This document shows positions 40,053 to 47,683 of a DNA stretch of 64,000 nt, in pieces; position 1 is the first letter of the stretch, and each line of letters starts with the position of its first letter. The translations under genes were made by a program, and so were the position numbers. Below the pieces are notes generated by a model. It saw only the letters and a program-made list of their open reading frames with translations. It was not told where the DNA came from and ran no database searches. Source of the DNA: a virus. Lineage: Duplodnaviria > Heunggongvirae > Uroviricota > Caudoviricetes. The stretch is taken from the IMG/VR virus record IMGVR_UViG_3300031784_000007; one strand, 5' to 3'.

Positions 40053-40652
40053 ATGAAAAAACTAATACTAATATTATTATTACCCCTTTTTGCATTTACA
40101 CCTGTAAGAGAAAAAGTTTATTTTAAAAATAACATCTATCAAGGATATTACTCTGAAAAATTAGAACAACCTTTAGAGGTTCAGTATACTGTAATGTGTC
40201 CAAATGGAACTGCAAAAAGAACTGGAATGGATTTTTTTACCAACGATTCAATTCACACATCAGATAATAATGACTATACAAATAATGTTTATGACAAAGG
40301 ACATTGTGCACCCGCAGCTGACTTTAACTGTACTCGTGAGATGTTGTTATCAACATTTAGTTATTTAAATTGTGTATTACAACATCAGGATTTAAATAGA
40401 GGGGCTTGGAGGTTACTTGAAGCATATGAAAGACAATTGTCGTCAACAGGAAACGTAAAAGTATCAATATTGATGGTTTTTAGTCCGTCGTCAATCAAGT
40501 TAACTTCAGGCGCCACGGTTCCTGATGGATTCTACAAATATATTACTGTTAATGGTAAAACAACCATTTATTACTTTAAAAATGAAAAACCATTGTCAAC
40601 CGACTATACAAAATATGTGGTTGTAAAAGGTCCAAAACTAACAATAAAGTAA
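40053..40652 (+). CDS. secreted non-specific DNA/RNA endonuclease (NucA/EndoG family)
   Basis: Signal peptide; DKGHCAPAADF parallels the DRGH active-site motif. Confidence 0.5.
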   Translation: MKKLILILLLPLFAFTPVREKVYFKNNIYQGYYSEKLEQPLEVQYTVMCPNGTAKRTGMDFFTNDSIHTSDNNDYTNNVYDKGHCAPAADFNCTREMLLSTFSYLNCVLQHQDLNRGAWRLLEAYERQLSSTGNVKVSILMVFSPSSIKLTSGATVPDGFYKYITVNGKTTIYYFKNEKPLSTDYTKYVVVKGPKLTIK

Positions 40653-40723
40653 ATTTTCAATTTACGGCACCATATTTGAAAATTGGTTGTACCTTTGACT
40701 TTATAAGAAAAAAGGTTTAAACT

Positions 40724-41059
40724 ATGAATATGGAAAACATTAAAGAAAAACTCAAGCAAGTCGTAAAACAAGTATCATTGTACACAATCATCCTAATTAG
40801 TTTGGGTGCTGGAATTTCAATTGGTTATTACTACGACTTCATTAAAAACAGCTTTAAACGAAACCAACCCGTTTCTGTAAAAAGAAATGAAGTAAAACTC
40901 GCCATTGATGAAAGTAACCATCTTTTAGTAATTCACAAAAAAGATGGTACTTACACCGTTTATCAAGACTCAGTTGGTTACATGATTTTTAACTTGTACG
41001 CAAAGAACATTTGGGGACAAGCGGCTAACCCTAAAACCACTACTACTAATGGTCAATAA
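40724..41059 (+). CDS. single-TM hypothetical protein
   Basis: 111-aa ORF. Confidence 0.4.
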   Translation: MNMENIKEKLKQVVKQVSLYTIILISLGAGISIGYYYDFIKNSFKRNQPVSVKRNEVKLAIDESNHLLVIHKKDGTYTVYQDSVGYMIFNLYAKNIWGQAANPKTTTTNGQ

Positions 41060-41591
41060 AGGTGTTAAATTTCTCTACTTTTTGTTTAGTGTTGCAATTT
41101 TAGTTGCAACACTAAACTTATTCAACTTGTTCAAGGAAAAACCTGAGTATAAACTTGAAGATATGGGTGGAAAACCAAATTCACCGTATTGTCTTCAAAT
41201 GTACACATCAATTGAAAAATATTCCAAAACTTACAGGGTTCCAAAATACATAGCATATAACGTGGCGTATCTTGAAACAAGGTATCAAGGTCCTTTTGAT
41301 TGGGATTATCACGGTAAATTAACTTCTTATGCGGGAGCTCAAGGTCCAATGCAAATTATTACAAAATGGGCTCATCAATACGCAGAAAGACGTATTACCG
41401 AAAAAGAACTAAGAACCAACATTGACCTTAATGTAATGATTAGTATGAAAATGCTAAGAACCCGATATAATAGTACGGGTAACTGGGCAACCGCTTGTGG
41501 TGGATATAATACAGGTTCCGCAATTGTAAATGAATACGCAAGATATTGTGTTTCAAACAAAAACTACAAAGCTAAATGGGTTTCTTACTGA
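41049..41591 (+). CDS. lytic transglycosylase (SLT domain) with N-terminal TM anchor
   Basis: YLETRYQ...SYAGAQGPMQI matches the SLT E...S..GA.GLMQ motif. Confidence 0.6.
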   Translation: MVNKGVKFLYFLFSVAILVATLNLFNLFKEKPEYKLEDMGGKPNSPYCLQMYTSIEKYSKTYRVPKYIAYNVAYLETRYQGPFDWDYHGKLTSYAGAQGPMQIITKWAHQYAERRITEKELRTNIDLNVMISMKMLRTRYNSTGNWATACGGYNTGSAIVNEYARYCVSNKNYKAKWVSY

Positions 41592-41696
41592 TGAAACGTT
41601 TATTAATATTACTTGAGCTTATTATGTTAACACCATTAGTTATTTATTATTTAATCAAATACAAAATCAAAGGTTGGTAATATCAAAATTTATTAC

Positions 41697-41704
41697 TACC
41701 TTTG
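41697..41704 (+). promoter_or_regulatory. -7 promoter box TAccTTTG
   Basis: Lies 8 nt before ATG 41712. Confidence 0.4.
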
Positions 41705-41711
41705 TTTTGTT

Positions 41712-42407
41712 ATGAAAATTACGTTTATCTCTGATACCCACACCAAACACAAACAAGTGACATCAAGTCTTCCTGGTGGTGATTTGTTGATTCATGCTGG
41801 TGACCTAAGTTCAATGGGTTATAAACATGAAATCCAACAATTCTGTAAATGGTTCAATAGTATTGAAGGTTACAATCACAAGGCATTCATCGCAGGTAAT
41901 CATGATTGGGGATTTCAAAACAACAATGAGAAAATCATGGAAATTGTTAACTCTTATAAAGACATTGATTACTTACAGGATGACATGTTGATGATTGGCG
42001 AGGACTATGATAAGATGATTAAAATTTGGGGGTCTCCTTGGCAACCTGAATTCTACAATTGGGCATTCAATCTTCCACGGCAGGGTGAGGAATTGAAAGA
42101 AAAGTGGAATATGATTCCGACTGACATTGACATCTTGATTACTCACGGTCCTTCTTGGGGTAACTTGGATACTGTAAAATTTAACCCAACTTTCAATTTA
42201 GGTTGTGAGTTGTTGGCGGAAAGAATCAAAGTGGTAAAACCAAAGATTCACGTTTGTGGTCACATCCACACAGGATATGGTTACAAATTTGATGGAGATA
42301 CTCACTACTTCAATGCCGCAGTTTTGGATGAACAATATAACTTCACTCAAAAACCTTTGACCGTTGATTGGAACCCTGAAACTAATGAAATTGAATTTTT
42401 AGATTAA
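41712..42407 (+). CDS. metallophosphoesterase (calcineurin-like)
   Basis: LIHAGDLS, AGNHDW, ITHGPSWG, CGHIHTGYG. Confidence 0.65.
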   Translation: MKITFISDTHTKHKQVTSSLPGGDLLIHAGDLSSMGYKHEIQQFCKWFNSIEGYNHKAFIAGNHDWGFQNNNEKIMEIVNSYKDIDYLQDDMLMIGEDYDKMIKIWGSPWQPEFYNWAFNLPRQGEELKEKWNMIPTDIDILITHGPSWGNLDTVKFNPTFNLGCELLAERIKVVKPKIHVCGHIHTGYGYKFDGDTHYFNAAVLDEQYNFTQKPLTVDWNPETNEIEFLD

Positions 42408-42408
42408 T

Positions 42409-42981
42409 ATGGAAAAAGGATATAATCAATGGTATTGGAAACTTTATAGATGGTTCAGATGGGACGCTAAACACTTTCATCGTGATGTTGCTCAAGGATT
42501 TAGAAATTTGTGGAAATGGCTCCCAATCATTTGGAAAGACCGTGATTGGGATAACCATTACATTTTTGAAGTTTTAAAATTTAAAATCAAAAATACCGCC
42601 AAGTATACCGAAAAAAAACAAAGATTTGTTGGTTGGGAAAAAGAAGTAAAGTATATGAGAATATGTGAAACTTTAATTGATAGAATTCAAAATGAGTATT
42701 ATCAGATGGAATACCAAGACTATCGTGATTTGGAAATGAATACAGTTCCCACAGAAGATGGTTTGTATAAGGTTGTCTTTGATGTCAAACGTGATGATAC
42801 TGAACAATTTGTCAAAAAATACACCCACGCTTTAAGAAGGGCGAAAAAAGACCCAAGATTTAAGAGTTATTTTGAGGGTGATAGAAATGGTGGTCTTGCA
42901 GTTAGTATTGTCAGACATGAAAAAGCAAGAAAACTCTTATTCAAAATTTTGGAACAAAGAATTGAGCATTGGTGGGATTAA
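42409..42981 (+). CDS. hypothetical protein
   Basis: 190-aa ORF. Confidence 0.45.
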   Translation: MEKGYNQWYWKLYRWFRWDAKHFHRDVAQGFRNLWKWLPIIWKDRDWDNHYIFEVLKFKIKNTAKYTEKKQRFVGWEKEVKYMRICETLIDRIQNEYYQMEYQDYRDLEMNTVPTEDGLYKVVFDVKRDDTEQFVKKYTHALRRAKKDPRFKSYFEGDRNGGLAVSIVRHEKARKLLFKILEQRIEHWWD

Positions 42982-43004
42982 TTAATATTAAAATACATAT
43001 AAAG

Positions 43005-43463
43005 ATGAATAGAATTTATTTAGACGACGTAAGAACACCGGTTGAGGGTAATTGGATTGTTGTAAGAAACTACCAAGAGTTTGTTGATAAGGTTAATGAA
43101 CTTGGATTGGATAACATTGAACTTGTTTCTTTGGACCATGATTTGGGTGATACCGCAATGGCAGAATACTTCAACAATGTATCAAAAAACTATAAATTGG
43201 ATTATAACAACATCAATGAAAAAACTGGTTATGACGCAGCGAAATTCTTGGTTGATGTTTTTTATGATAACAATGTTGACAGATTTCAAATGAGCAGAAA
43301 GGACAAAAAAGAAAGTGAAATTAAATTTCCTGTTGTTTATGTTCACTCAGCAAATCCAATTGGAGCATCAAACATCATGGGTTACATCAATAACTTTTAC
43401 ATGAATGAAGGTCAACCTCAAACATGTGTTAGAGTTCAAATCCAACATACAACTGATTTTTAA
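43005..43463 (+). CDS. hypothetical protein
   Basis: ORF 42969; the internal ATG at 43005 is preferred. Confidence 0.4.
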   Translation: MNRIYLDDVRTPVEGNWIVVRNYQEFVDKVNELGLDNIELVSLDHDLGDTAMAEYFNNVSKNYKLDYNNINEKTGYDAAKFLVDVFYDNNVDRFQMSRKDKKESEIKFPVVYVHSANPIGASNIMGYINNFYMNEGQPQTCVRVQIQHTTDF

Positions 43464-43468
43464 CCATT

Positions 43469-43723
43469 ATGATTACACTTGATGATTTAAAAGATTTTTC
43501 CATTTGGAAACAGTGGATACATGGTGAAGTTGAATTAGGTGAACCTAAATTTCAAACAAAACCAGGATTTGTTGAAAAACGAATAAAACAAATGATTCAT
43601 ATTGGTGCTGATGATGAATGTGAACAATTTAGTGAAGGAATGAGTGATGATGATATTGCAAATTGGAAACGTGGTTTTATTCACGGGGCCAATTGGATGT
43701 TAAAATCCAAAGAAACCCTTTAA
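43469..43723 (+). CDS. small hypothetical protein
   Basis: 84-aa ORF. Confidence 0.4.
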   Translation: MITLDDLKDFSIWKQWIHGEVELGEPKFQTKPGFVEKRIKQMIHIGADDECEQFSEGMSDDDIANWKRGFIHGANWMLKSKETL

Positions 43724-43730
43724 TACATTA

Positions 43731-43757
43731 AAAACCACCTTCGGGTGGTTTTTTTAT
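43731..43757 (+). terminator. intrinsic terminator (CCACC ttcg GGTGG plus T-run)
   Basis: TTCG-tetraloop hairpin followed by 8 T residues. Confidence 0.7.
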
Positions 43758-43776
43758 CCTGATTATATTTATTATT

Positions 43777-44475
43777 ATGAACAAAAAAGAAATTCTTAAG
43801 GAAGAGTCCAACAAAATGAGAAAATTAATGGGTTTAAAACCTATTAATGAAGATATGTTGGACGATATTATCAATAAAATTAAAGATTCTGAAATTGTTA
43901 AAAAAATTGAAGATTTTTTTGATGGTGATGATGATGAAGATAGTGATGACTCTAAAAATTCCGATGATAAAAGCGTTGGTGATAAAATCAAAGATTTCTT
44001 CAAGTCTGTTGAAAAAGACCCATCAAAAACTGATGATATGATTTCACCTTTATGTGGTACAGAATATGAGTGGGAGGTTACAAGTGAATTTGGTGATAGA
44101 ACAAGAGATGGTAAGAGTGAAAAACATTCAGCAAATGATTTAAAGGCAAAACAAGGTACAACTTTGGTTTCACCATTTAACGGTGAAATTATTGATTCTA
44201 CTGACAACGCTTCTGATTGTGGTGGAATGATTAAGATTAAATTTGATAATGGATATGAGGCAAAGTTTTGTCACTTATCATCAAGAAGTGTTGAAAAAGG
44301 TGAATTTGTATTAAAAGGACAAGAGATTGGAAAATCAGGTGGTGACAAATCTGATTCAGCAAGCAAAAGAGGTAATTCAGAAGACGCTCACTTACACTTT
44401 GAATTGAAAAAAGATGGTTCATTTGTTGACCCATCAAAACATATTAACAAAAACTACTGTACAAAAGCATCATAA
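43777..44475 (+). CDS. M23-family peptidoglycan endopeptidase
   Basis: HSANDL...HLHFELKKDG (HxxxD and HxH motifs). Confidence 0.7.
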   Translation: MNKKEILKEESNKMRKLMGLKPINEDMLDDIINKIKDSEIVKKIEDFFDGDDDEDSDDSKNSDDKSVGDKIKDFFKSVEKDPSKTDDMISPLCGTEYEWEVTSEFGDRTRDGKSEKHSANDLKAKQGTTLVSPFNGEIIDSTDNASDCGGMIKIKFDNGYEAKFCHLSSRSVEKGEFVLKGQEIGKSGGDKSDSASKRGNSEDAHLHFELKKDGSFVDPSKHINKNYCTKAS

Positions 44476-44624
44476 TGATTAAAAAGATATTATCTTGGTT
44501 TAAGTTTAATAGATACATTAAGGTTGTTCATAAAGACCCAACAAGTTTTGAAATGGACCAATTGATGAAAAAAAATGAAAAACCAACCAAAATCGTAACT
44601 AAATTGAAATATACAAAAAATTAA
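44475..44624 (+). CDS. small basic protein (49 aa, not in ORF track)
   Basis: ATG overlaps the M23 stop (TAATG). Confidence 0.3.
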   Translation: MIKKILSWFKFNRYIKVVHKDPTSFEMDQLMKKNEKPTKIVTKLKYTKN

Positions 44625-44660
44625 TTTGACATTTTAAACAACTTATACTATATATAAAGT

Positions 44661-44990
44661 ATGAAATAGATTACAAACAGACTCTACGTAGTTACAAGAA
44701 AAGATTTGATGCCAGGTGCTCAAATCGCACAATCAGGACATGCAATTGCTCAATATCTGTTGGAGCATCCTGAAAAATCAAAAGAGTGGAACAATAACTA
44801 TCTTATTTGTTTATCCACCGAAAACGAACAATCATTAAACAAAGTATTAGAAAAGTTAGAATCGTTTGGAATTCCTATTTCCACATTCTACGAACCTGAT
44901 TTGAATAATCAGTTAACATCCATTGCGTTTCAACACAATGAAAAAAGTCATGGACATACAAAATCATTACCATTAGCACTTAAACAATAA
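44661..44990 (+). CDS. PTH2-family peptidyl-tRNA hydrolase; reading frame opens ATG-AAA-TAG (amber at codon 3), and the conserved N-terminal strand LYVVTRKDL lies between that TAG and the first downstream ATG (44709)
   Basis: Translation downstream of the TAG: ITNRLYVVTRKDLMPGAQIAQSGHAIAQ...IPISTFYEPDLNNQLTSIAF matches the PTH2 consensus (mvlvvRtDLkmgkGKiaAQcsHA ... DAG-like EPD ... T..a.GP). The ORF track starts it at TTG 44706, which would delete strand 1. Confidence 0.5.
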
Positions 44991-44994
44991 ACTT

Positions 44995-45252
44995 ATGAAA
45001 TAGATAACAGAAAAAAAAGAAGAAATTGTGTTTCATTTTAACAAGAAACACATTCAGAACTCAACAATCCCAATGTGGGTTGTGAAGTGTCGTGGTGATA
45101 CACATTACGTTGACCACGTTGATGTATTACCAGGAATTGGTTTTTCAACAAAAGAAACTCCCGACAATCCCCACACTAAAGGGAGTATAAAATTCAAAGG
45201 ACAATTGTCCATTAGTGAGGAAAACAATAAAATAACAGCAAAAATTTACTAA
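44995..45252 (+). CDS. hypothetical protein whose frame also opens ATG-AAA-TAG
   Basis: ATG 44995, AAA, TAG 45001-45003, then ATA ACA GAA ..., in frame with ORF-track 45028 (GTG). Confidence 0.35.
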
Positions 45253-45253
45253 A

Positions 45254-45595
45254 ATGAAAAACACAAAACACAACCCAACAATGATGATTAAATCGGCTTT
45301 CTCAAATAAAATCCATAAACTTTTAGGTGTATGTACCCATCACAAACCATATTCAAGAGAATACTGGGCATGTCTAAGTGAAAGAAAAAAATTAACTGAT
45401 GAAGATAAAGTTAAACTTTTTGATGAGGTTATGAAGATTTATAAGGAAACCTCAGATGAAATAAAAAACTACCGTAACGACAGAAACCTAAAGAAGTGGG
45501 TTAATAGAAGACGAGAAAACAGAGGGTATGTCCCAAAGAAAAAAACAACCAAAGAAGAATATCTGAATATGGTTGAAAATATGAAAGAAGTTTAA
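45254..45595 (+). CDS. hypothetical basic protein
   Basis: 113-aa ORF. Confidence 0.45.
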   Translation: MKNTKHNPTMMIKSAFSNKIHKLLGVCTHHKPYSREYWACLSERKKLTDEDKVKLFDEVMKIYKETSDEIKNYRNDRNLKKWVNRRRENRGYVPKKKTTKEEYLNMVENMKEV

Positions 45596-45704
45596 TAACT
45601 TTGTATTGTGATTGAAAAGTGACAGTGACGATTAGACCATGTGAGGCACACATAAAACGTATCAGTTGAAAGTTGAGGTGTTAGACCACCATTAATCACA
45701 TATA

Positions 45705-45776
45705 AGGTCGGGTGGCTGAGTACTTAGGTGAGGGTCCGCAAGACCCCTTAGGATAGTGGAAATCTATCTCCGACCT
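45705..45776 (+). pseudogene. tRNA-like element without a canonical anticodon arm or T-loop (perfect 7-bp acceptor aggtcgg/ccgacct; T-like arm gatag-TGGAAAT-ctatc)
   Basis: Manual fold; internal hairpin gggtc-cgcaa-gaccc has a 5-nt loop. Confidence 0.3.
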
Positions 45777-45782
45777 CTAATT

Positions 45783-45855
45783 GGCTCTGTGGTGTAGCGG
45801 TAACATTGCAGTCTCTAAAACTGATAGTCACGGGTTCGAACCCCGTCAGGGCCAC
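45783..45855 (+). tRNA. tRNA with anticodon CTA (amber suppressor, reads UAG), type I
   Basis: Manual cloverleaf: acceptor ggctctg/cagggcc (one GU), D gtgt-agcggta-acat, anticodon stem gcagt/actga with loop cTCTAaa (U33 and A37 present, 34-36 = CTA), variable tagtc, T arm acggg-TTCGAAC-cccgt, discriminator A. Confidence 0.6.
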
Positions 45856-45881
45856 AAAAAATAAAAAAAAAATAAAAAATA

Positions 45882-45912
45882 TTTGACATATCAATAAACT
45901 TTTGTATCTTTG
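45882..45912 (+). promoter_or_regulatory. promoter for the tRNA operon (-33 TTTG at 45882, -7 TAtcTTTG at 45905)
   Basis: Bacteroidetes-type spacing of about 20 nt between the two elements. Confidence 0.5.
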
Positions 45913-45935
45913 TACTATATTTAATAACAAACACA

Positions 45936-46031
45936 ATGAAACTCGTAAATAAACAAATCGTGAAACATGTCATTCAATTCTGTCAGAATTGGTATATTCG
46001 CTTATTTGCAAGTTCGGGTGTTTTAAGTTAA
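45936..46031 (+). CDS. putative 31-aa leader peptide (MKLVNKQIVKHVIQFCQNWYIRLFASSGVLS) overlapping attenuator segment A
   Basis: Not in ORF track; ATG lies 24 nt after the promoter; stop TAA at 46029 lies about 10 nt past segment A. Confidence 0.3.
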   Translation: MKLVNKQIVKHVIQFCQNWYIRLFASSGVLS

Positions 46032-46082
46032 CACGTAGTAGCCTAAAAAGGATACCCGAACTCACAAGGTTCGGGTTTTTTG
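46011..46082 (+). promoter_or_regulatory. attenuator-like element: segment A agttcgggt (46011-46019) can pair with B acccgaact (46054-46062); B alternatively forms terminator cccgaac/gttcggg plus T-run (46055-46082)
   Basis: Mutually exclusive 9-bp and 7-bp helices; a leader ORF ends at A. Confidence 0.4.
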
Positions 46083-46087
46083 TTTTT

Positions 46088-46114
46088 AAGTTCTTTGACA
46101 TGTTGGTAATCAAA
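46088..46114 (+). repeat. 27-nt repeated element aagttctttgacatgttggtaat(c/a)aaaaa (second copy at 50838-50864), each directly before a tRNA
   Basis: Near-identical copies; contains TTGACA, promoter-like. Confidence 0.5.
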
Positions 46115-46117
46115 AAT

Positions 46118-46190
46118 GGGACGGTAGCAAAGATGGTCAATGCACTGGACTGAAAATCCAGCCATGGTGGTTCGAGTCCACCCCGTCCCA
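46118..46190 (+). tRNA. tRNA-Phe (GAA)
   Basis: Acceptor gggacgg/ccgtccc, anticodon stem ctgga/tccag with loop cTGAAaa, T arm gtgg-TTCGAGT-ccac. Confidence 0.8.
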
Positions 46191-46198
46191 CAATACAT

Positions 46199-46272
46199 TG
46201 GTGATTAGCTCAGTTGGTTAGAGCACTACGCTGATACCGTAGGGGTCACAGGTTCAAGTCCTGTATCACCAA
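46199..46272 (+). tRNA. tRNA-Ile (GAT)
   Basis: Acceptor tggtgat/atcacca, D gctc/gagc, anticodon stem ctacg/cgtag with loop cTGATac, T arm acagg-TTCAAGT-cctgt. Confidence 0.8.
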
Positions 46273-46280
46273 CCATAAAT

Positions 46281-46351
46281 TACCCTTTCGTCTAATGGCA
46301 GGACAAGTGGTTTTGGTCCACTGAATGGAGGTTCGAGTCCTTCAGGGGTAA
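46281..46351 (+). tRNA. tRNA-Gln (TTG)
   Basis: Acceptor taccctt/aggggta, anticodon stem agtgg/ccact with loop tTTTGgt, T arm ggagg-TTCGAGT-ccttc. Confidence 0.7.
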
Positions 46352-46357
46352 CAATAT

Positions 46358-46432
46358 GACTTCGTAGCTCAATTGGTTTAGAGCACCTCACTTTTAATGA
46401 GGGGGTTTCGGGTTCGAGTCCCGACGGGGTCA
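46358..46432 (+). tRNA. tRNA-Lys (TTT)
   Basis: Acceptor gacttcg/cggggtc, anticodon stem cctca/tgagg with loop cTTTTaa, T arm tcggg-TTCGAGT-cccga. Confidence 0.8.
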
Positions 46433-46438
46433 CAACAT

Positions 46439-46511
46439 CTTTCCTTAGCTCAGTTGGAAGAGCATCTGCCTTACATGCAGAGGGTCGTTGGTTCAAATCC
46501 AACAGGAAAGA
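46439..46511 (+). tRNA. tRNA-Val (TAC)
   Basis: Acceptor ctttcct/aggaaag, anticodon stem tctgc/gcaga with loop cTTACat, T arm gttgg-TTCAAAT-ccaac. Confidence 0.8.
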
Positions 46512-46517
46512 CAAAAT

Positions 46518-46599
46518 GCCAGTATCGCATAGCGGCAATTGCACTTGACTGTAAATCAAGCCTCATTTGAGTTCGTAGGTTCGAGTCCTACTGCTGGCA
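46518..46599 (+). tRNA. tRNA-Tyr (GTA), type II
   Basis: Acceptor gccagta/tgctggc, anticodon stem cttga/tcaag with loop cTGTAaa, long variable arm cctcatttgagttc, T arm gtagg-TTCGAGT-cctac. Confidence 0.75.
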
Positions 46600-46661
46600 C
46601 AAAACTTATAATCCTCCAAAACTCGCTTTTTTTACTAGTTTTGGAGACTTATAGAATATAA

Positions 46662-46735
46662 GTCCATATGCCTGAATGGTAAAAGGGACAGTCTGCAAAA
46701 CTGTTATTCGTTGGTTCGATTCCAACTATGGACTC
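46662..46735 (+). tRNA. tRNA-Cys (GCA)
   Basis: Acceptor gtccata/tatggac, anticodon stem acagt/actgt with loop cTGCAaa, T arm gttgg-TTCGATT-ccaac. Confidence 0.75.
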
Positions 46736-46737
46736 TG

Positions 46738-46811
46738 TGACTGTAGCTCAGTTGGTTTAGAGCGTTGGTTTGTGGTACCAAAGGTCGTGGGTTCAAGCCC
46801 CATCAGTCACC
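46738..46811 (+). tRNA. tRNA-His (GTG), discriminator C, CCA encoded
   Basis: Acceptor gtgactg/cagtcac, anticodon stem ttggt/accaa with loop tTGTGgt, T arm gtggg-TTCAAGC-cccat; no encoded G-1. Confidence 0.75.
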
Positions 46812-46817
46812 CCAAAT

Positions 46818-46891
46818 GGTTCCTTAGCTCAATGGATTAGAGCGTTTCGCTACGGACGAAAAGGTTGGGGGTTCGAGTCCCTCAGGAATCA
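46818..46891 (+). tRNA. tRNA-Arg (ACG)
   Basis: Acceptor ggttcct/aggaatc, anticodon stem tttcg/cgaaa with loop cTACGga, T arm ggggg-TTCGAGT-ccctc. Confidence 0.8.
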
Positions 46892-46899
46892 CAACACAC

Positions 46900-46970
46900 A
46901 GGTCAGTAGTGAAATGGTATCATGACAGTCTCCAAAACTGTTGTTGGGGGTTCGAATCCCTCCTGGCCTG
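46900..46970 (+). tRNA. tRNA-Trp (CCA)
   Basis: Acceptor aggtcag/ctggcct, anticodon stem acagt/actgt with loop cTCCAaa, T arm ggggg-TTCGAAT-ccctc. Confidence 0.75.
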
Positions 46971-46976
46971 CAAAAT

Positions 46977-47058
46977 ACCAAAGTGGCGTAAAGGTAGCCG
47001 CGTTAGTCTTAGAAACTAATGTCCTCGGGACATGTGGGTTCGATTCCCACCTTTGGTA
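46977..47058 (+). tRNA. tRNA-Leu (TAG), type II
   Basis: Acceptor accaaag/ctttggt, anticodon stem ttagt/actaa with loop cTTAGaa, variable arm tgtcctcgggacatg, T arm gtggg-TTCGATT-cccac. Confidence 0.75.
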
Positions 47059-47063
47059 CATAT

Positions 47064-47135
47064 TCCTCGGTAGCTCAGCGGTAGAGCACTCGGCTGTTAA
47101 CCGAGCGGTCCCTGGTTCGAATCCAGGTCGGGGAG
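47064..47135 (+). tRNA. tRNA-Asn (GTT)
   Basis: Acceptor tcctcgg/tcgggga, anticodon stem ctcgg/ccgag with loop cTGTTaa, T arm cctgg-TTCGAAT-ccagg. Confidence 0.75.
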
Positions 47136-47178
47136 CAACTTTTTTTGGTAAAGTCAAATATCTGTTGTATATTTGTAT

Positions 47179-47656
47179 CATGACAACAGGATATATTTCT
47201 TCAACCGAATTTATCAAAGGTGCTAAAGAATCCGCATTGGCTAAAAGTGAGTCAGGTGATTGTGTTGTAAGAGCAATCGCATCTGCAGCTGAAATGGACT
47301 ATGATTCGGCTCATCAGTTTGTTAAACAAAAATTTAAAAGACAAAATCGTAAAGGAACTTTTGGTTTTGGTGTTACTATGAACCTAATGTCTAAAAATGG
47401 TGAAAAAATTAACGGTAAATCTGTTGAAATTATCTCTGAAGAATATAGTACCATGTTGTACTACGTTGTAGTGAAAGGGGTTAAAACCCTTAGAAGTACT
47501 ACAACGGGTTCTTTTATCAAAAAATATCCAAAAGGTACTTACGTGGTGGTTGTTAGAGGACATGCATTTACCATCAAAGATGGTGTGGTTATTGGTAACA
47601 TTGAAGATGGTAAAAAAATGAAAAAATACATTAATGGTGTTTGGAAAATTGGGTAA
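47179..47656 (+). CDS. hypothetical protein embedded in the tRNA island (possible Cys...His dyad GDCVVRAIA / RGHAFTIKDG)
   Basis: ORF-track 46922-47656 runs through five tRNAs; the real start is ATG 47179, preceded by tatatttgta. Confidence 0.45.
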
Positions 47657-47683
47657 TATGTTTTAACTTTGTATTATAATAAT

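Noticed and set aside
45748-47217. Minus-strand ORFs (45748-45936, 45970-46191, 46266-46559, 46903-47217, 51625-51834, 52112-52348) inside the tRNA island
   Set aside because: They run antisense through tRNA genes and are rich in tRNA-derived peptide artefacts (for example LEPPWLDFQS, GFEPVT); spurious.
46922-47656. ORF-track protein of 244 aa whose N-terminal 85 residues read through tRNA-Trp, tRNA-Leu and tRNA-Asn
   Set aside because: The upstream part is tRNA sequence read in frame; the true gene starts at ATG 47179 after a promoter-like AT-rich box.
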